Part shown: positions 1 through 13,408 of the stretch, in pieces
Layout of the letters: every line of letters begins with the position of its first letter
How positions within the stretch are numbered: position 1 is the stretch's first letter
From: Trichoplax adhaerens
Lineage: Eukaryota; Animalia; Placozoa
Length of the DNA: 64,000 nt
Direction of reading: 5' to 3'
Assembly (NCBI RefSeq): GCF_000150275.1
Contig: NW_002060945.1
Location: 3,619,172-3,683,171 of the forward strand
Position numbers and translations under genes: made by a program
Notes under the pieces: model-generated
Told to the model about the DNA's origin: nothing
Seen by the model: the letters and a program-made list of their open reading frames with translations, nothing else
Databases searched by the model: none

Positions 1-258
1 CAACAAGCCAGAACAAATAGCAATACTTCTTCGAATGCTGCAGCTGCAAAAACGTCACAGCCTGCTAATTCTACAACTGTTACACCGCAACACCGTCCTA
101 CACGATCTCAGATACGTGGATCTCAGGCACCACCGACTAGTAGTGCACCACCCCATCAGGCTTACCCTGTGATTTCTAATGGTCAAAATAATACTACCAA
201 CGTTACCACAGTTAACAGGCCTAGACCGAGAATGACATTTTCTAACATACCTAGATGA
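1..258 (+). CDS. 3' end (terminal coding segment) of an unidentified gene running in from the left; low-complexity S/T/P/Q/N-rich C-terminus
   Basis: Frame 1 is open from base 1 to TGA at 256-258: QQARTNSNTSSNAAAAKTSQPANSTTVTPQHRPTRSQIRGSQAPPTSSAPPHQAYPVISNGQNNTTNVTTVNRPRPRMTFSNIPR*. GC is higher than in the AT-rich sequence that follows. Confidence 0.7.
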   Translation, partial: QQARTNSNTSSNAAAAKTSQPANSTTVTPQHRPTRSQIRGSQAPPTSSAPPHQAYPVISNGQNNTTNVTTVNRPRPRMTFSNIPR

Positions 259-2126
259 TGACATCTATATGTTATATACTCGTAGGAGGCATCAAAATCT
301 GAAACAATAACTTAAATCTGAAATTCCAGTGATGTATTTGGATGACCTTCATGAACAGGAAACTGTTCGTGACTGCAAAATAAACTATATGCATTTATAC
401 CTTATAAGCGACGTTTTCCATTGATTTGAAATAATACAGCTATGAAGACAGTTTACATGTCTGAAAGTTAGTATTGTTAATAAATTTATACTTAGAACTT
501 ATAGCAACCGTTTCGGTGACAACAGTAAAATACTGCTGCTTTTATGTCGTTTATAACCTGAATTATCGTATCTTATGTCATGCTCATTTGTAGCAGTCCC
601 GTCTTTGCACCATATATTAAATTCAATTGATATTTAATTTCTAATAGCTACCCCACGCACATTTATGCAATAATAGCCCTATCTTTGGATCATATTGAAA
701 TTCAGTTAGGATTTAATTTCTAATGGTTAAGCCTATGTTATTATAAACAATTTATATTAATGCCTGTTTTTGCCATCGCAATCAGTTAAAGCCTTCGAGT
801 AATACGAGCACGAGTAGATATTGTAGTAAGATCTATACTGTAACGCATACACTTACAGTATCATTTTTCGAATGATGACCGTACTTTATATGGTATACAG
901 ATGCATCACAATTCCCTTTATATCAAATCATGTTCGCAATAGATTTAAAATTCAGAAATAGCAGCTATAAAATACTATGCTAAATACACAGTAAAACACT
1001 ACACGCTGAGTATAGCACAAGGATGAACGAAATTGCAAGATTCTCAGGCTTGATGAGAAAGTAAGGAAATACGAGATAAAATGGTATACACGACAGTACA
1101 CATCTTACTTGCGACAATTGTATTTATTAACAAATTAAAAGAGGTCAGTCTGTAATCAAGAAACGTTAATAATATACTTTTATCATTGATTGCAATCAAA
1201 TACGTGATCGTATTCACGTTCAGCAAATGTTTATAATATTAATATATCTCAGGTTATTACTGATATGACATATGTATGCTACTTTATGAATTATATTATC
1301 ATTACATTACCGAAATAAACACTAGTTTCTTTTGTTAGTGTTTAGAAGAATTAGCTAAGATTCAATCAGACATTGGTTCTACTAACACTAATAGAATATG
1401 TTCGTGAATTATAAGGAAAAAATTATAGTATCAAAGCGTATTACAAACAAGATCCAGCAAAGTTTGCAACTACTACCTACGATAGATTGTTAATTCAAGA
1501 TTCTGGAATCAATATATGATTACTCGCATGGCAAGATGACGAGGAATTTGAATTTTACAAATAATACAATATCATGAATAAATTTTTAAGCAATTTTCAG
1601 GCCATGGCGAGAGATTCACCAAGAAAAACATCAAAATGGAAATACGCGTACTACTTATAATATGTAATTCTAAGCTTTGTACTAAATTACGGCGTAAATA
1701 TGTAAAATACTCTACGTATATCACTATATGCTACGAATTTAGTATCAATCATTCAGGAGACACACTTGAATTTTATCATTTACAATGGCGTTCTAAAAGT
1801 AAAATAGTATTCTTAGTATGCAATTGAAAAATGATGTAGTTCTTACGAAATCAGCCATAATTTTATGTACTGCATTAAATATGCAAAACTTTTATACTGT
1901 ATCTAGATCAAGAATTAACGTGTTATTGCCAATACTTAATGTCTCTATAAGAAGTAAAATCAATTCATATATTGAATTCGTCTGTGACTCGCGATCATGA
2001 ATATGATTTTATATTGTGATCGGGTATCTTCTTAAATCTAAATATTTACCAAATGCATAAAATTATCCAAAACTGCAATGTAACAATGCTATATGTTTAT
2101 CATATCTCAGATGCTTCCTTGATGTA

Positions 2127-5100
2127 TCACTCATCCAAATCAAGTTCATCATCTAGACTACCATTACCATTCGTATACGCTGCAGATTTTTGCGACCTTT
2201 GTGGTAAAGACACACTGGCATGATTTTCTGACTTTTCGGAAATTTGATTGACATCAGTTGAATGTTGTAGAAAATCTTTGCAAGTATCATGCCTCAAGTT
2301 TTCTTTAGAGCCGTTGGCAGGATTTATATCTTCACGCCAGTCTTCACCGTCAATGTGGTGATTTCCATTGTGCTTATTATTCCCTAAGTTCTCATTTCTA
2401 CAAGACTCTAGCTGTGAAGACTCCTTACTACTACCACGGCGTTCTGATGTCCCAGTAGTAGTCTGACCATTAGCTGTATCCATTTCTGCTTTCATTGTGC
2501 TATCATTTGATTTCAAATCCATTTTTTCAGTATCTTGAGAATGTTCATATTCTTGACTGTTACTTTCTATTCGTTCCTTATGATCTTCTACTGGTCGTGA
2601 GTTATCGCGAACTTTCGTATAATTTCTAGGCATCGCGGACTGACCGACCGCTTTTGACGCCTCTTCCTGTCTCTGTTTGGCTTTATTTCCTCTTCTGGCA
2701 TTTCTTCCTCGTCTAGACTGACCCATGACTTGTCGATTTGATCGATTACCAAAATTATTACCGTTAATTGCATTATCCATGTCAGCATTTTGTTTGCCCT
2801 TAGCTTTCTTAAGGCTTTGTTGATGAATTTTCTCTGTGTTCACTTCCTTTACAAGATTGTCATCATTCGATTCGATTCCTAAAGCCTCCTTTAAGGCTTC
2901 ACTTACTGTATCTCTGATTGTCTTGTGCTTTTTCGATTTATCTGTTTTCTGAACTAAACTAGTAGTAGACTTTCCACCCTCAGCGCCTTTTATCGTTTTT
3001 GAATTATTTCGTGAGTCATTTGCTGAGCCTAGATATCAATATCCAAATAATTAGTTCGAGATAAGTAAATCAAAGATAAGGAAGGACTAATCTTAAGTAT
3101 AGCAATAGTTACAGCTCGAGGATATTACAGTCACTCTTCATTACCTATAAACTTTTCACCCTTCTTTGCCTTCGATGATGTTCCTACAATTTTTACTCCA
3201 CTATTCTCTTTACATAAATGTTCTATTGGTGCCTTAAAATGTACTAAGATACAAGGAATCGCAATTAGAATCATACGTTTACTTTTCTATTCCAATTTCG
3301 ATTAACACTCATAATTAAAGTCAATTTGAATAAGGAGTAGCAATAATACAAACATCAACGATTACCTGCTCCTAAACATCCAATCAACTATAAAGAAAAA
3401 AAGAATTATAGTTCCATTATAAATCATATGAAACTTCTACAAAATGATAATCACTATAAGCCAGTAATAACTGACATTATCTGCTTCAATAGCATACCTT
3501 AGTTATCTCTTCAGTTCCAGACGCCGAAAAATTGAACTCCATTGCATCAGTATTAATTTGACTATCAGCCAAATAGTTCTATAAGGATTTAGATGGATTT
3601 CCATGTTATATTTCTAAAAAAAACTATTACCAGATAGGATAAATTTCTTACAAGAATATCAGCTTTTAATTCCTCTATCTGCTGTTCATTCATTGCTTCA
3701 GCGGATTCACATTTTATTCGTAAATCACTTGCTCGCTTTTGTATTTCTATCAGCTTAGTTTCTATAATTATATATGATAATCGATTGACAATGAATAATT
3801 GGAGGAGAAATTAAGAAACATTAAATGCTAACAATACTTACCAATTAAATGGCCGCGTTTATTTACTAAACTCTCGAAATATTGTTCACGGTCGTGAATA
3901 CTAAAAGCAACAATTCCAAATCAAGTTTACAATTAACGGTAAAGAACATTAAACTAAAAGACAATTTACAATTAAAGCATGATTAAAACTGTAGTGATCT
4001 CTAATAAATTGTTCTACTATAAATCGACAGAGTTGTTACCTTTGCTTTATCTCATTAAATGTATCGGCAAACTTTAAGTTGATCCCATCAATATTCTAAT
4101 AATTTGGCAATACGACAGTAGTTAAAACCCGCAGGATGGATAAAAATAGATAGCTAAAATTTCGTTAAGAGTAGCAGATATGACAAAGTTATACATTATG
4201 CTAACCAGCTTTAATTGACAATGTTTGATGTCGATTGATTGACTGCTAGTGACAAGTTTGCTTTTCAAATCATCCAGACTGATATCATTCACATCAATAA
4301 AATGGCTAGATGCAGCCAGATTTTTGCTAGGTAATTCTCTGCTTTTGTTTTTTAAACTTTCTGTACCGTTATTTCGTCGTTTACTATTGTTTGCAGTCGT
4401 AGATTCTCGTTCAGTTGGTTTATTGCCTGTCCTTTTAGGGCTAAGATGAGAAGTGTTGGAAGGATTCACCGAAACCTGTGAATTTCCTACAACTTCAACA
4501 ACATATTTGATAAAATTAGTATGGTAAAAAGCGCTAGCGATTAGAAAAGACCATCAAACCATCTGAATTAAACTAACAGCCATTTATTGCACCAAAATTC
4601 ATACGGTAAAATGATTAATATTTTCAAAAATTTGTAAATGAGCGATCACTAATTTTAATTATTACGGTAAGAATTTATTTGGTAAGGATACGCAAACAAT
4701 ACCAGATCTTGTTACAGAACGCAAGTGTAAGGTGAAAAATGTATCATTAAAGATGAGTTTACGACGACATTTAGTTCTTAATCTTCTATATTTCTATATA
4801 TCCCTAATAAAATACGGTAATAATACCCTTCTAGTTCTCTATATTTTAAGAAACTGATTATAGTCATCTCTTGGAAAGTAGCACGTAAGTATATACAGTA
4901 TTATGATAATTATAGTACGACTCTTGATAGTTGCAACTAAGGTTCTTATCAGTACAGTAGCATACATCAATCATTCTAATTTAAAATTTTAACTTTGAAG
5001 TTGTGCAATTTCACATAAGCAACATCATTTAAGGCTTTTCTAGTACCGTGTTAAGTTTGAGTATAACTAACGTAGTATATAAGTCTAGTACTGTTAAAAC

Positions 5101-8100
5101 GCTACATAATATTATACTATTACAGGTAAGAACATATGTAGACATAACATCTATCATTATAATATAAGCGCACTGTATTACCTGGCTTACTTTTCGCCTT
5201 TTTAGATTTTCGGTCCGATATAGATGTGGCAGTAGAAAAACCCTATTAAATTAAAGATCAATAATATTGTGATATTTCATACTGTAAATTGTAACTTTTT
5301 ATTATAATATTTTATAACTGAGATTTTTTCTGAACGACTTTTAGTACTGTAAATATCAATAAGTCACAACGAAGTGAAAATCGATAAAAAAAGTGTCTAA
5401 AATAATTAAGCACCACATCATCAAATCGTTAACTTTTTATGCGTTGCACAGCGGCAACAAAAGATATATAATCTTAATAATGAAAACCAAAAGTGACCTA
5501 AAAGAGAAGCATGCTGTATAATAAATCATGATGATTCTTATCATCTTATTAATTTTAGCGTTTTGTGATTACGTCACGCAGACTTTGATACCATAAGATG
5601 GTACTTTCTAAATTCATTTAACTTTCTACTAAAGTACTTCTATTGCATTATACCAGATTAATTATAACTACAATCTTTAATCTAAGTTTGTCCTAATTTG
5701 AAATTAGAGTTATTACTGAAATACTGTAGCAAGTAATGCTGCAATAATAGGTAACATACTTGTCACTTAAATTAATTAAAATAATGAGTTAGACACAACA
5801 TATTAACAAAAACAACTTCAACAATGTAATCATTTTCAGCTACGTAACACAATTATCACAATATTGTGAATAATTTATCTTTGAAGTAATTGAAGGCATT
5901 CGAATAAAAATCCAAATTAATACTATGAAGTTAAAATCCCCAGAGAGAGGAATGCAAAACATTCGTAAAGCAGATAGAAAACTACAGGTTATGCATGCAG
6001 TGATATCTGTATCCTTATTGCCTCCTTCATTATTAAATGTATGTAGAATGACCCTTGTTTTTTTTTTTTCAGTATTTAATACATATGTAGCATTACATAA
6101 CTAAGAACGTGAAACAGCTAGAAAGAGTATTTAAAATTATTTATTTCAGTGTTGCCATTACGAACCCCTTTTTGTGTACGCCACTCTTGGAGAATGTTTT
6201 CAACACCCTCTAAAAATAATAGATTGATATTAGTACAATAATAAAGATTGTAGCAATGTAAGATATGTACTGTTGATACCCAAATTTCACTACTACTAAA
6301 TGCGCATATAGTGAGCATGTCAACAAAATCATGATATTTTACGAGATGTATCAGATAAATAACTATAAGCCAGTAACTTTTTAAATCATTATTGAACAAC
6401 GCTAGATTGGCATAATGATAGTATGAAAATAGAGATTACAGCAATAGGACATATGTACTGTATGTTTCCATATTACCAAATACTTTGATGCAAGTACACT
6501 AAATACGTTAATAAGGTTATCGTATGTTTCAAGATGTGTTCGATAACAAATTATAAACTAATGGAGTTTAGTAACTATTACTTGAATAACGTTAATAATA
6601 ATCAGAAGTCAAGTAGTTGTAAAATAATTTTTAATGGCTCGGTTTAAAAGGAGCTTACCTATTTTACGACTAGTGTATGCGTATCAAATAAACTACTATT
6701 AAATTTTCTTATAATGCCATTTGCTACGAAATAATGTATATTGCAGCTACTATGAATACTTATGAATTTTGAATCAATGAGCAGTACATGTTATGTATGT
6801 ATCCTTGATTAATTCATTACCAGTACAGTATTATTATAAGCTACAATACATAATACGAAGTTATCATATAATGTGTACCTTCTTCGATCCTAGCCACAGC
6901 CTTTTCAACAACGTAATCACAGGATTGCAGAATCATAATAATTTCATCTTTTGATACGCCAGACACAATACCAGCTATAAAGGATATCTATTGATTGAAA
7001 TACCCATAGAAATTGATTTAATAGTTATAATTAGCAGTCTTCGATACGTATATTAAGAGTATTAAATAAATAAACACGTTCATTGGGGGAAAAAAAAGGT
7101 TTCAAATTATTATGGTTCTGGTAGTACCAAGAGTAAGCAGTATTAGATGTATATAGTAAAAGTATAGATATCATAAAGTTCGGCAGATTTATGTCGAACA
7201 CCCTTTCATATTCAATTATTATCAAAAAGCTTCTTTGTTTGTAATTAATCAGTGACATAGTCTAGATATTATATAAATTCAATTTAAGAAATAATAGAGA
7301 AATCGACTTTGATCCTATAGTTATAATTGTTACCGCTGTCGAATCGTTTCAATCAAAGCATGCTGTCAGTACGATATACGTAAAAAGTACTTTTCAACGA
7401 GTAATCATTACAGATTAACTTTTTTCTTCAGTACGCATACGTATTTTATGTATCTCATCGTTCTCGTAGTAGCATACCGTTATCTCGGTTGGCACTATTT
7501 TTACAGTGACCAAGGCATTCTTTCACAAAAATAAATTATAAAAACTACTGTGAGGTATTCAAGCATTTGCTTGTAGATTGTAAGTTTTTCTAACAAGTAA
7601 AAAATTAATGTCTAATATTGTATTTACTTTTTCAATGAGCATGATTCGTTTTGTCTTATTAAATTAACTCTACCTAATGGAAGGCGAATTGCATCTATCA
7701 GAAAAATCGAATAGGATATTCAGTATGAAATAATTTACTGATAGGATTATCCGCTCAATCCTAAAGAAATTATCTATTTTTATAGTATTTCAAATTGTTT
7801 GATCATGACTAATACTTAAAATTTGTGCGATGAACTATAACATTGATCTATCCAACAGTGTCGTCAAGACATCTACAACATACCATATATGAAGAATAAT
7901 CGTAAAAACTAGGAACTGTACCGGCTACATAGAACTGTATGCCGTACAAGAGTATCAGTGAAGGTCTCGTGATGCACTTATTTAAGCAGTTTCGCATTGA
8001 ATGCATTCCATGATATAGTGAAGCAGGTACGGAATTGTTTAGTTAAAAATCGGTGGTTAATTATAAAATAGTTATTTACAATGTATCTGAAATGCAATCA

Positions 8101-11100
8101 ACCTACATAATGAATTGGAAACAGTATTGTGTAGTATCATAACATAAAACGCAGTTTTACTCTGTCCAAATTTCTTCTTCGGTCTAAAAATACTGCAAAT
8201 ACAGTAACTAATTTGAATACAAATTCAATAGGTCACACTACTCCATCAATGGTATAATAGATTGTTAAAGATAGCTTTATCATTGTTTACTGTATGGTGG
8301 AGAGCACAATTTACAATAATATGTTAACCTAATACTTTCTTTCAAAGTTTTGAATGCTCCTAAAGGAAGAAAGCATGTAGCACTATGAGTCGTTATGATC
8401 AGTAAAATCGTGCAGCTAAGGCAAAGTGTTACTTATTAGCAGATCTGAGCAGGATTAAAATATAGTTCAATTATTAACAGATGATGTTATACCCTTAGAC
8501 TAAAATGCGAGAGTATTACAAAAGGAGTACGAACATAGTAACATTGTAATTTGAATGAATATATGTATAGTTACTGTAGTATCTAGAGATTTTTTAAAAG
8601 CAAAAAACATACTATAAACTACATTTTTGAAATTATAACCATGGCAGCCATTCAACATCATCAAGAAAATTAATAGCATATTACCGCATTCCCCATGGTT
8701 GAATGAATCACATATCTTTTATGAAGTTAAATTGAGAAACAGGTGATAGACCAATGTTATAAATGATACCACAGAAATAAGATAAACCGTAATAAATATT
8801 GGATATACGATATGATATTACTTGTTCACGTCTACGGTACTACTTTCAATATAGACCTCGATCGCATCGTCAATACTAAATAGTCAATGCTAGAGATATA
8901 CAATACTACATAAACTACATACAAAAAAGCGTATGCCAAGAACTCGACCACATTAACGCATAGCTATCAGTTATACTGTATAATTGCTATTTCTAAATAA
9001 CTCTTCGCACGGAATACCATTTCTCTCTACAGCAATTGAATAGAAAATAGGCACAATCACACAATGACGACAATGGTGCTATCAAATTAGAACTAATGTT
9101 ATAGTTATTACCCCTTGAATTTAAGAAGAAGCGACTACGTTACTATCAACTGACTGCAGCAATCTTTGTTGGTCAACTTATCCTTGGAATTAATTTCATA
9201 CTACTGTGTTGGACGTTTATGGTAGATTTAGGTATAATCATAATTATAATCGTTTTGGTGGCGTGAGCAAGATGTTTGTTGAAGCATAGATAAACACAGT
9301 CTAGTCTCTCTAGTGAAGCGGTAATACGGCAATAGGCATCCATTACCAACTGAAAATGTTATCAGTACGCGATAGCTATCTATCCTAGCAGATTGACATT
9401 CTAGTCATTGTTGGATTTAGGGAGGCACAATGTATGCTACTTTGTAAATGGTGAATCTGTTTTTATCTAGGCATTCTTACTGGCATGCATCCTAGTAATA
9501 GCGGAGCTGCCTGGATAATAATTTATAAGAATCAATTTCATCAGTTAAATGTACAGTAGATAATTAACACTCCCCGATGGTTTTCAATAGTAGCACACAG
9601 TAGATAAAAAAAAAAAAAATATGACCAATGATATCAGATTTTTCGTCACGAGTGGGCTGTGGAAGATAGATTACAGTTGTTCCTTTTAAGAAGCAAATCT
9701 AAATATTATTAACCAATAATCAATCCATTTTTTGCAAAATTCAATATCTCCAATTTCCTAAACATAAACAGACTTGATTTTAAGGGCAAAGCCTGCAACT
9801 ACGATAGACTGTATCAACAAAACGAAGTGCAGTAGATGTAAAGCAGAATACTGTCCCATGTTGACGCATAGCTATAGACAGGTATATTGCGTGTGAGATA
9901 ATGTTTACCCATGTCCATTTGCTTGCACATTGTGCAGTATTTGTCGAACTAGTTGAAAATTTTATTAACTTAATTTAAGGAAGACAGTAAACACACCAGT
10001 AAGCTGTACCACTGTCCAATTCTGACTAGGTGGTTACACCTTAAAAGTATTATTCATTCCCCGTTATTTATGCAAAGAACATTGATCAGTCATCATCGCT
10101 ATAAACCGACTATAGTGCCTTGGAAAAAAAAAGTAGAAAAGTTGTTGCTGCAGTTAAAAATGATCATGGTAGAATGATAATGGATTTTCCCATGGTGGTG
10201 ATGAATTGAAGGTAAGACAGTATGCAGCAACCCATTGTAGCTATAAAAGAATTTTTTTCAATCACGGTGAATCAAGCAAGCCAATGTGAAAAAATACTGC
10301 TGACCTGTATTGAAGAGGAAAAAGAGAGAGGGAAAACTGCAACCTACTAGGATTACAAGGACATCAGCGATTCTTTCCAACTCATGGTTGGTTGTTGTCC
10401 ATAAATAAGACACCGTACAGTATTCAGTTAACAAGCTCATTGATGAATTTATCAGGACAATGCAATAAAATATGTATAGTGATCGCACTTTGTTAAGACA
10501 GCAGGTGTACATTGTACAAGGATTGTGGGCAATTGATGGATGATGATGGTCCAAGGTATAAAATTGGGGCACTTTTTTTACTTCGTCTCCAATTTTGACT
10601 GCGATAGAGCTCGATTGTACACAGGTCATTGGTGTTATAAGACTAAGATGGAGTCGAGTACAACATCACCGACTATTGCCACTGTCGATCCTTTGCTACT
10701 GCTGTTGTAGAAGTCGAATGGAGCGGGATTGACTGGATTCATTTATTCCTACAGCATTGACCTTTCTTTTTACATACAAATATTGATTATTCTTAGCAAT
10801 CTCAAGTTGAATTTTCAACCTCTTGACGACTGTACTCTCCTTCTTGATCTTCCTCTAACCGTCAATGATGGATACAACAGGTATAAAAAAAAAAAGGAAA
10901 ATTGGAGACGAAGTAGAGAAAAAAAAAAAAAAATGGTGTAATGTTGGTCGATGACTGTGAAGAGAAACTGCTGTGAAATGATGAGTGTATGACGCACTTT
11001 GCAGTGTTGACGTTAACAAATAACGTCAAAGAAAATGGATGATACAATACTGGCTACGATCAAATAACTGCTAGTCCTTTCTCCATGGTAAGAAATAAAG

Positions 11101-11153
11101 GATTGATTTACCTTCATTTTCATTTCCTTCTCGGTGATAGCGTAGTCAGCCAT
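2127..11153 (-). CDS. SPATS2: SPATS2/SPATS2L-like protein (N-terminal UBA/CUE-like helical domain, DUF1387 coiled coil, long low-complexity tail); ~12 coding exons
   Basis: GT-AG exons approx 11112-11153, 6879-6987, 6166-6209, 5181-5242, 4206-4487, 4040-4072, 3842-3900, 3651-3762, 3498-3579, 3366-3387, 3146-3243, 2127-3028 join in frame. MADYAITEKEMKMKISFIAGIVSGVSKDEIIMILQSCDYVVEKAVARIEEEGVENILQEW resembles the SPATS2 N-terminus (KI..VR.VV..KS..EI.LVLQ.FD..V.KAV..F....L.EW). LIEIQKRASDLRIKCESAEAMNEQQIEELKADIL resembles DUF1387. Confidence 0.8.
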
Positions 11154-13408
11154 TTTCATTGGATTGATAGTTGTTGAGGAATGGATTCGCTACCTGCAAG
11201 TAGAGAGGATTAAAGCTGTGGACACTGCACTAAGGAAATCATTAAGGTGAGACGCAATTTCTTCTGACCTGCAATTTAAAAGGATTGACTCAATCATTGA
11301 TAGTTGACCCTACAGTCAAGTTGACAATAAATCCACAATACCATTGACAATAGACAATGCATGACTATGCTGTAGTACTGTACTGTACGCAGTACTGTAG
11401 CCATGGCAGTACTGTGCACTGTACACTGTACTGTACAGTACGGTATGTACAGTACAGTACAGTATGAAGTAAAGAGGGAGTACAAACTCAGATTGCGATC
11501 ATCGCCATGACCAGTACGGTATGGTACGGTACGGTATGGTACCATTATGGATTGAGATTTTTACAAGAGGCACAAAACTGTTTGTGGACGAGTCACTCAC
11601 TGACCGCACTTGACCTTATCAATCAACACCAACTCAACTACTGACTCATACAGTACTCACGACTGTCGGTGTGACGCTCCAATACGCTGACGAGACAATG
11701 GCCTGGTGCATATGAACGACTGGTACGGGCATTCGTGGTACTCTACACTGTCCAGTAGGTGCTCTATGGTAGACAATGCAAGTCCCTGCCCACTTTTGCG
11801 CCACAGCCCTGTATCGAAACCTGAAGTGGATTCATACTAGTACTAGTGTCAGTCTGCCCCTACTGACGTACTATCACCAATGAAGGCCAACACTCTAATA
11901 CGGGAATGACTGGACGGGACAGACAGTTGAATAACACAGACTTGGCATGCAGATCGAAGAGAGGGTATGCGATATGACACGCAGTTTTGTACCCATTGGT
12001 CTGCGCTTTCCGTTTTAAATCCCCTGCTACTGGATCGGTCAATAATCATTATAATGAATAAAAATCAATCAATCAATCCTTCTTTTTCAACACCAAAGTA
12101 TTACAGGAAAACATAAAGTCATTAGGTCTGCTGCTACTGATTGACCGACCGCTGTATCATAGTGCTCTTTCACTGCAAAGTAGAGTATGGAGATTACTCG
12201 ATAGTACAGTAGTACAGTTGTCCTGTACTGTACATTAGGTACATTACTGTCAGAGAGATACAGTAGTGTACTGTATACTTCCCAGTAGGCCGTCTCTGAC
12301 GCTGTACATTGTACAACAGGGGGTAAAAGCTTAAATACTCAATACTAACTAGTGTTACACCGGCAGTTGTGATTCAATGGCTCTTTGAAAGTTATTCACT
12401 GTCAGTAGACTTGGTGCTGAGGATTATTTGCATAATCCATTTGACTTTCAATATACAAGAAATTAAATCGAGCTACTTGCCAATTACGTAATCCGCAAGT
12501 ACAATAGTCGCATTGGAATGCAGTTACTGTACAACTATGTATCACGTATCTACCAAGGTAATGTATCAGGCAGTCATTTACGGAATTCTATTTTTTTCTG
12601 TCTCTCTGTCATGTCTGACTGCTTTTACAGCTGCGCCCTATCCTGTAAGTACTCGTGATCAAGTTGGTTTCAGTTTCACACAGTACGGTGTACGGGTTGC
12701 AGTCATCTGATAGAGTAAAGTAAGTAGTAGAGTAGTCAGCCTCTATCCTTTTTTCAGTAAAATCATAGCTACAGTCTTTCTCTTTCTTTTTAGTAGTCGC
12801 GGGTAATGTTGAATGATTGTACCGTTCTAGACTACGAAAAACCATCATTAAAATAGGTCTTTTTATGGACTCAGCGGTCTACAGGAAGTCGTCCATGCCA
12901 TGTACATTGTACAGTAACAAAGAAATCGATTGGCTGATGGAGCTACTGTAGTCTGATACGCTTACACTTATTGCGTTTTTTGCAGATGAATTAACCATTA
13001 AGAGTACGGTCTGCATAGTCAACCCAGTACTGTATAGTCCTGATTTAGATCCACACCTATCCGAGGAAAAGCCCCAGCTTACAGTGCAGTACTGTTAAGA
13101 GTCGCTGCTGTACAGTACAATGTACTGTACTGTACTGTACTGTACAGTATTACTACCGTACAGTACGTGTATCGCGTACTGTATCACCTTTCTGGACTAC
13201 AGATCTATCACTACCTCAACTGTGCCATACACTAGGATATTGAGTTGTAAGCTGTATCAGTACCAACAGGCGGCTTCTCCATCCATTATAAAATGACGCG
13301 TAGCTGGTGTCACTAGACCTGACCGTGTCATCAACGTAGAGAGTGAAGCGAACATGACTGCATCAGTGAATAAATGATTGCTATAGTGACTAACAAGAAA
13401 AGGAAAAA
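11154..13408. promoter_or_regulatory. Divergent (head-to-head) promoter region shared by SPATS2-like and PLEKHA8
   Basis: Start codons point outward at 11153 (-) and 13409 (+). GC is raised, with pentamer arrays at ~11370-11470, 12200-12280 and 13080-13190. Candidate 5'UTR donor GTGAGT on - strand at 11595-11600. Confidence 0.65.
11370..11545. repeat. TACAG/TACTG pentamer array plus a TACGG/TATGG pentamer array near the SPATS2-like 5' end
   Basis: tagtactgtactgtacgcagtactgtag...tgtacactgtactgtacagtacggtatgtacagtacagtacagta; gtacggtatggtacggtacggtatggtacc at ~11513-11543. Confidence 0.9.

Noticed and set aside
55-264. 69-aa minus-strand ORF
   Set aside because: Antisense shadow of the plus-strand open frame 1-258, which has more protein-like composition.
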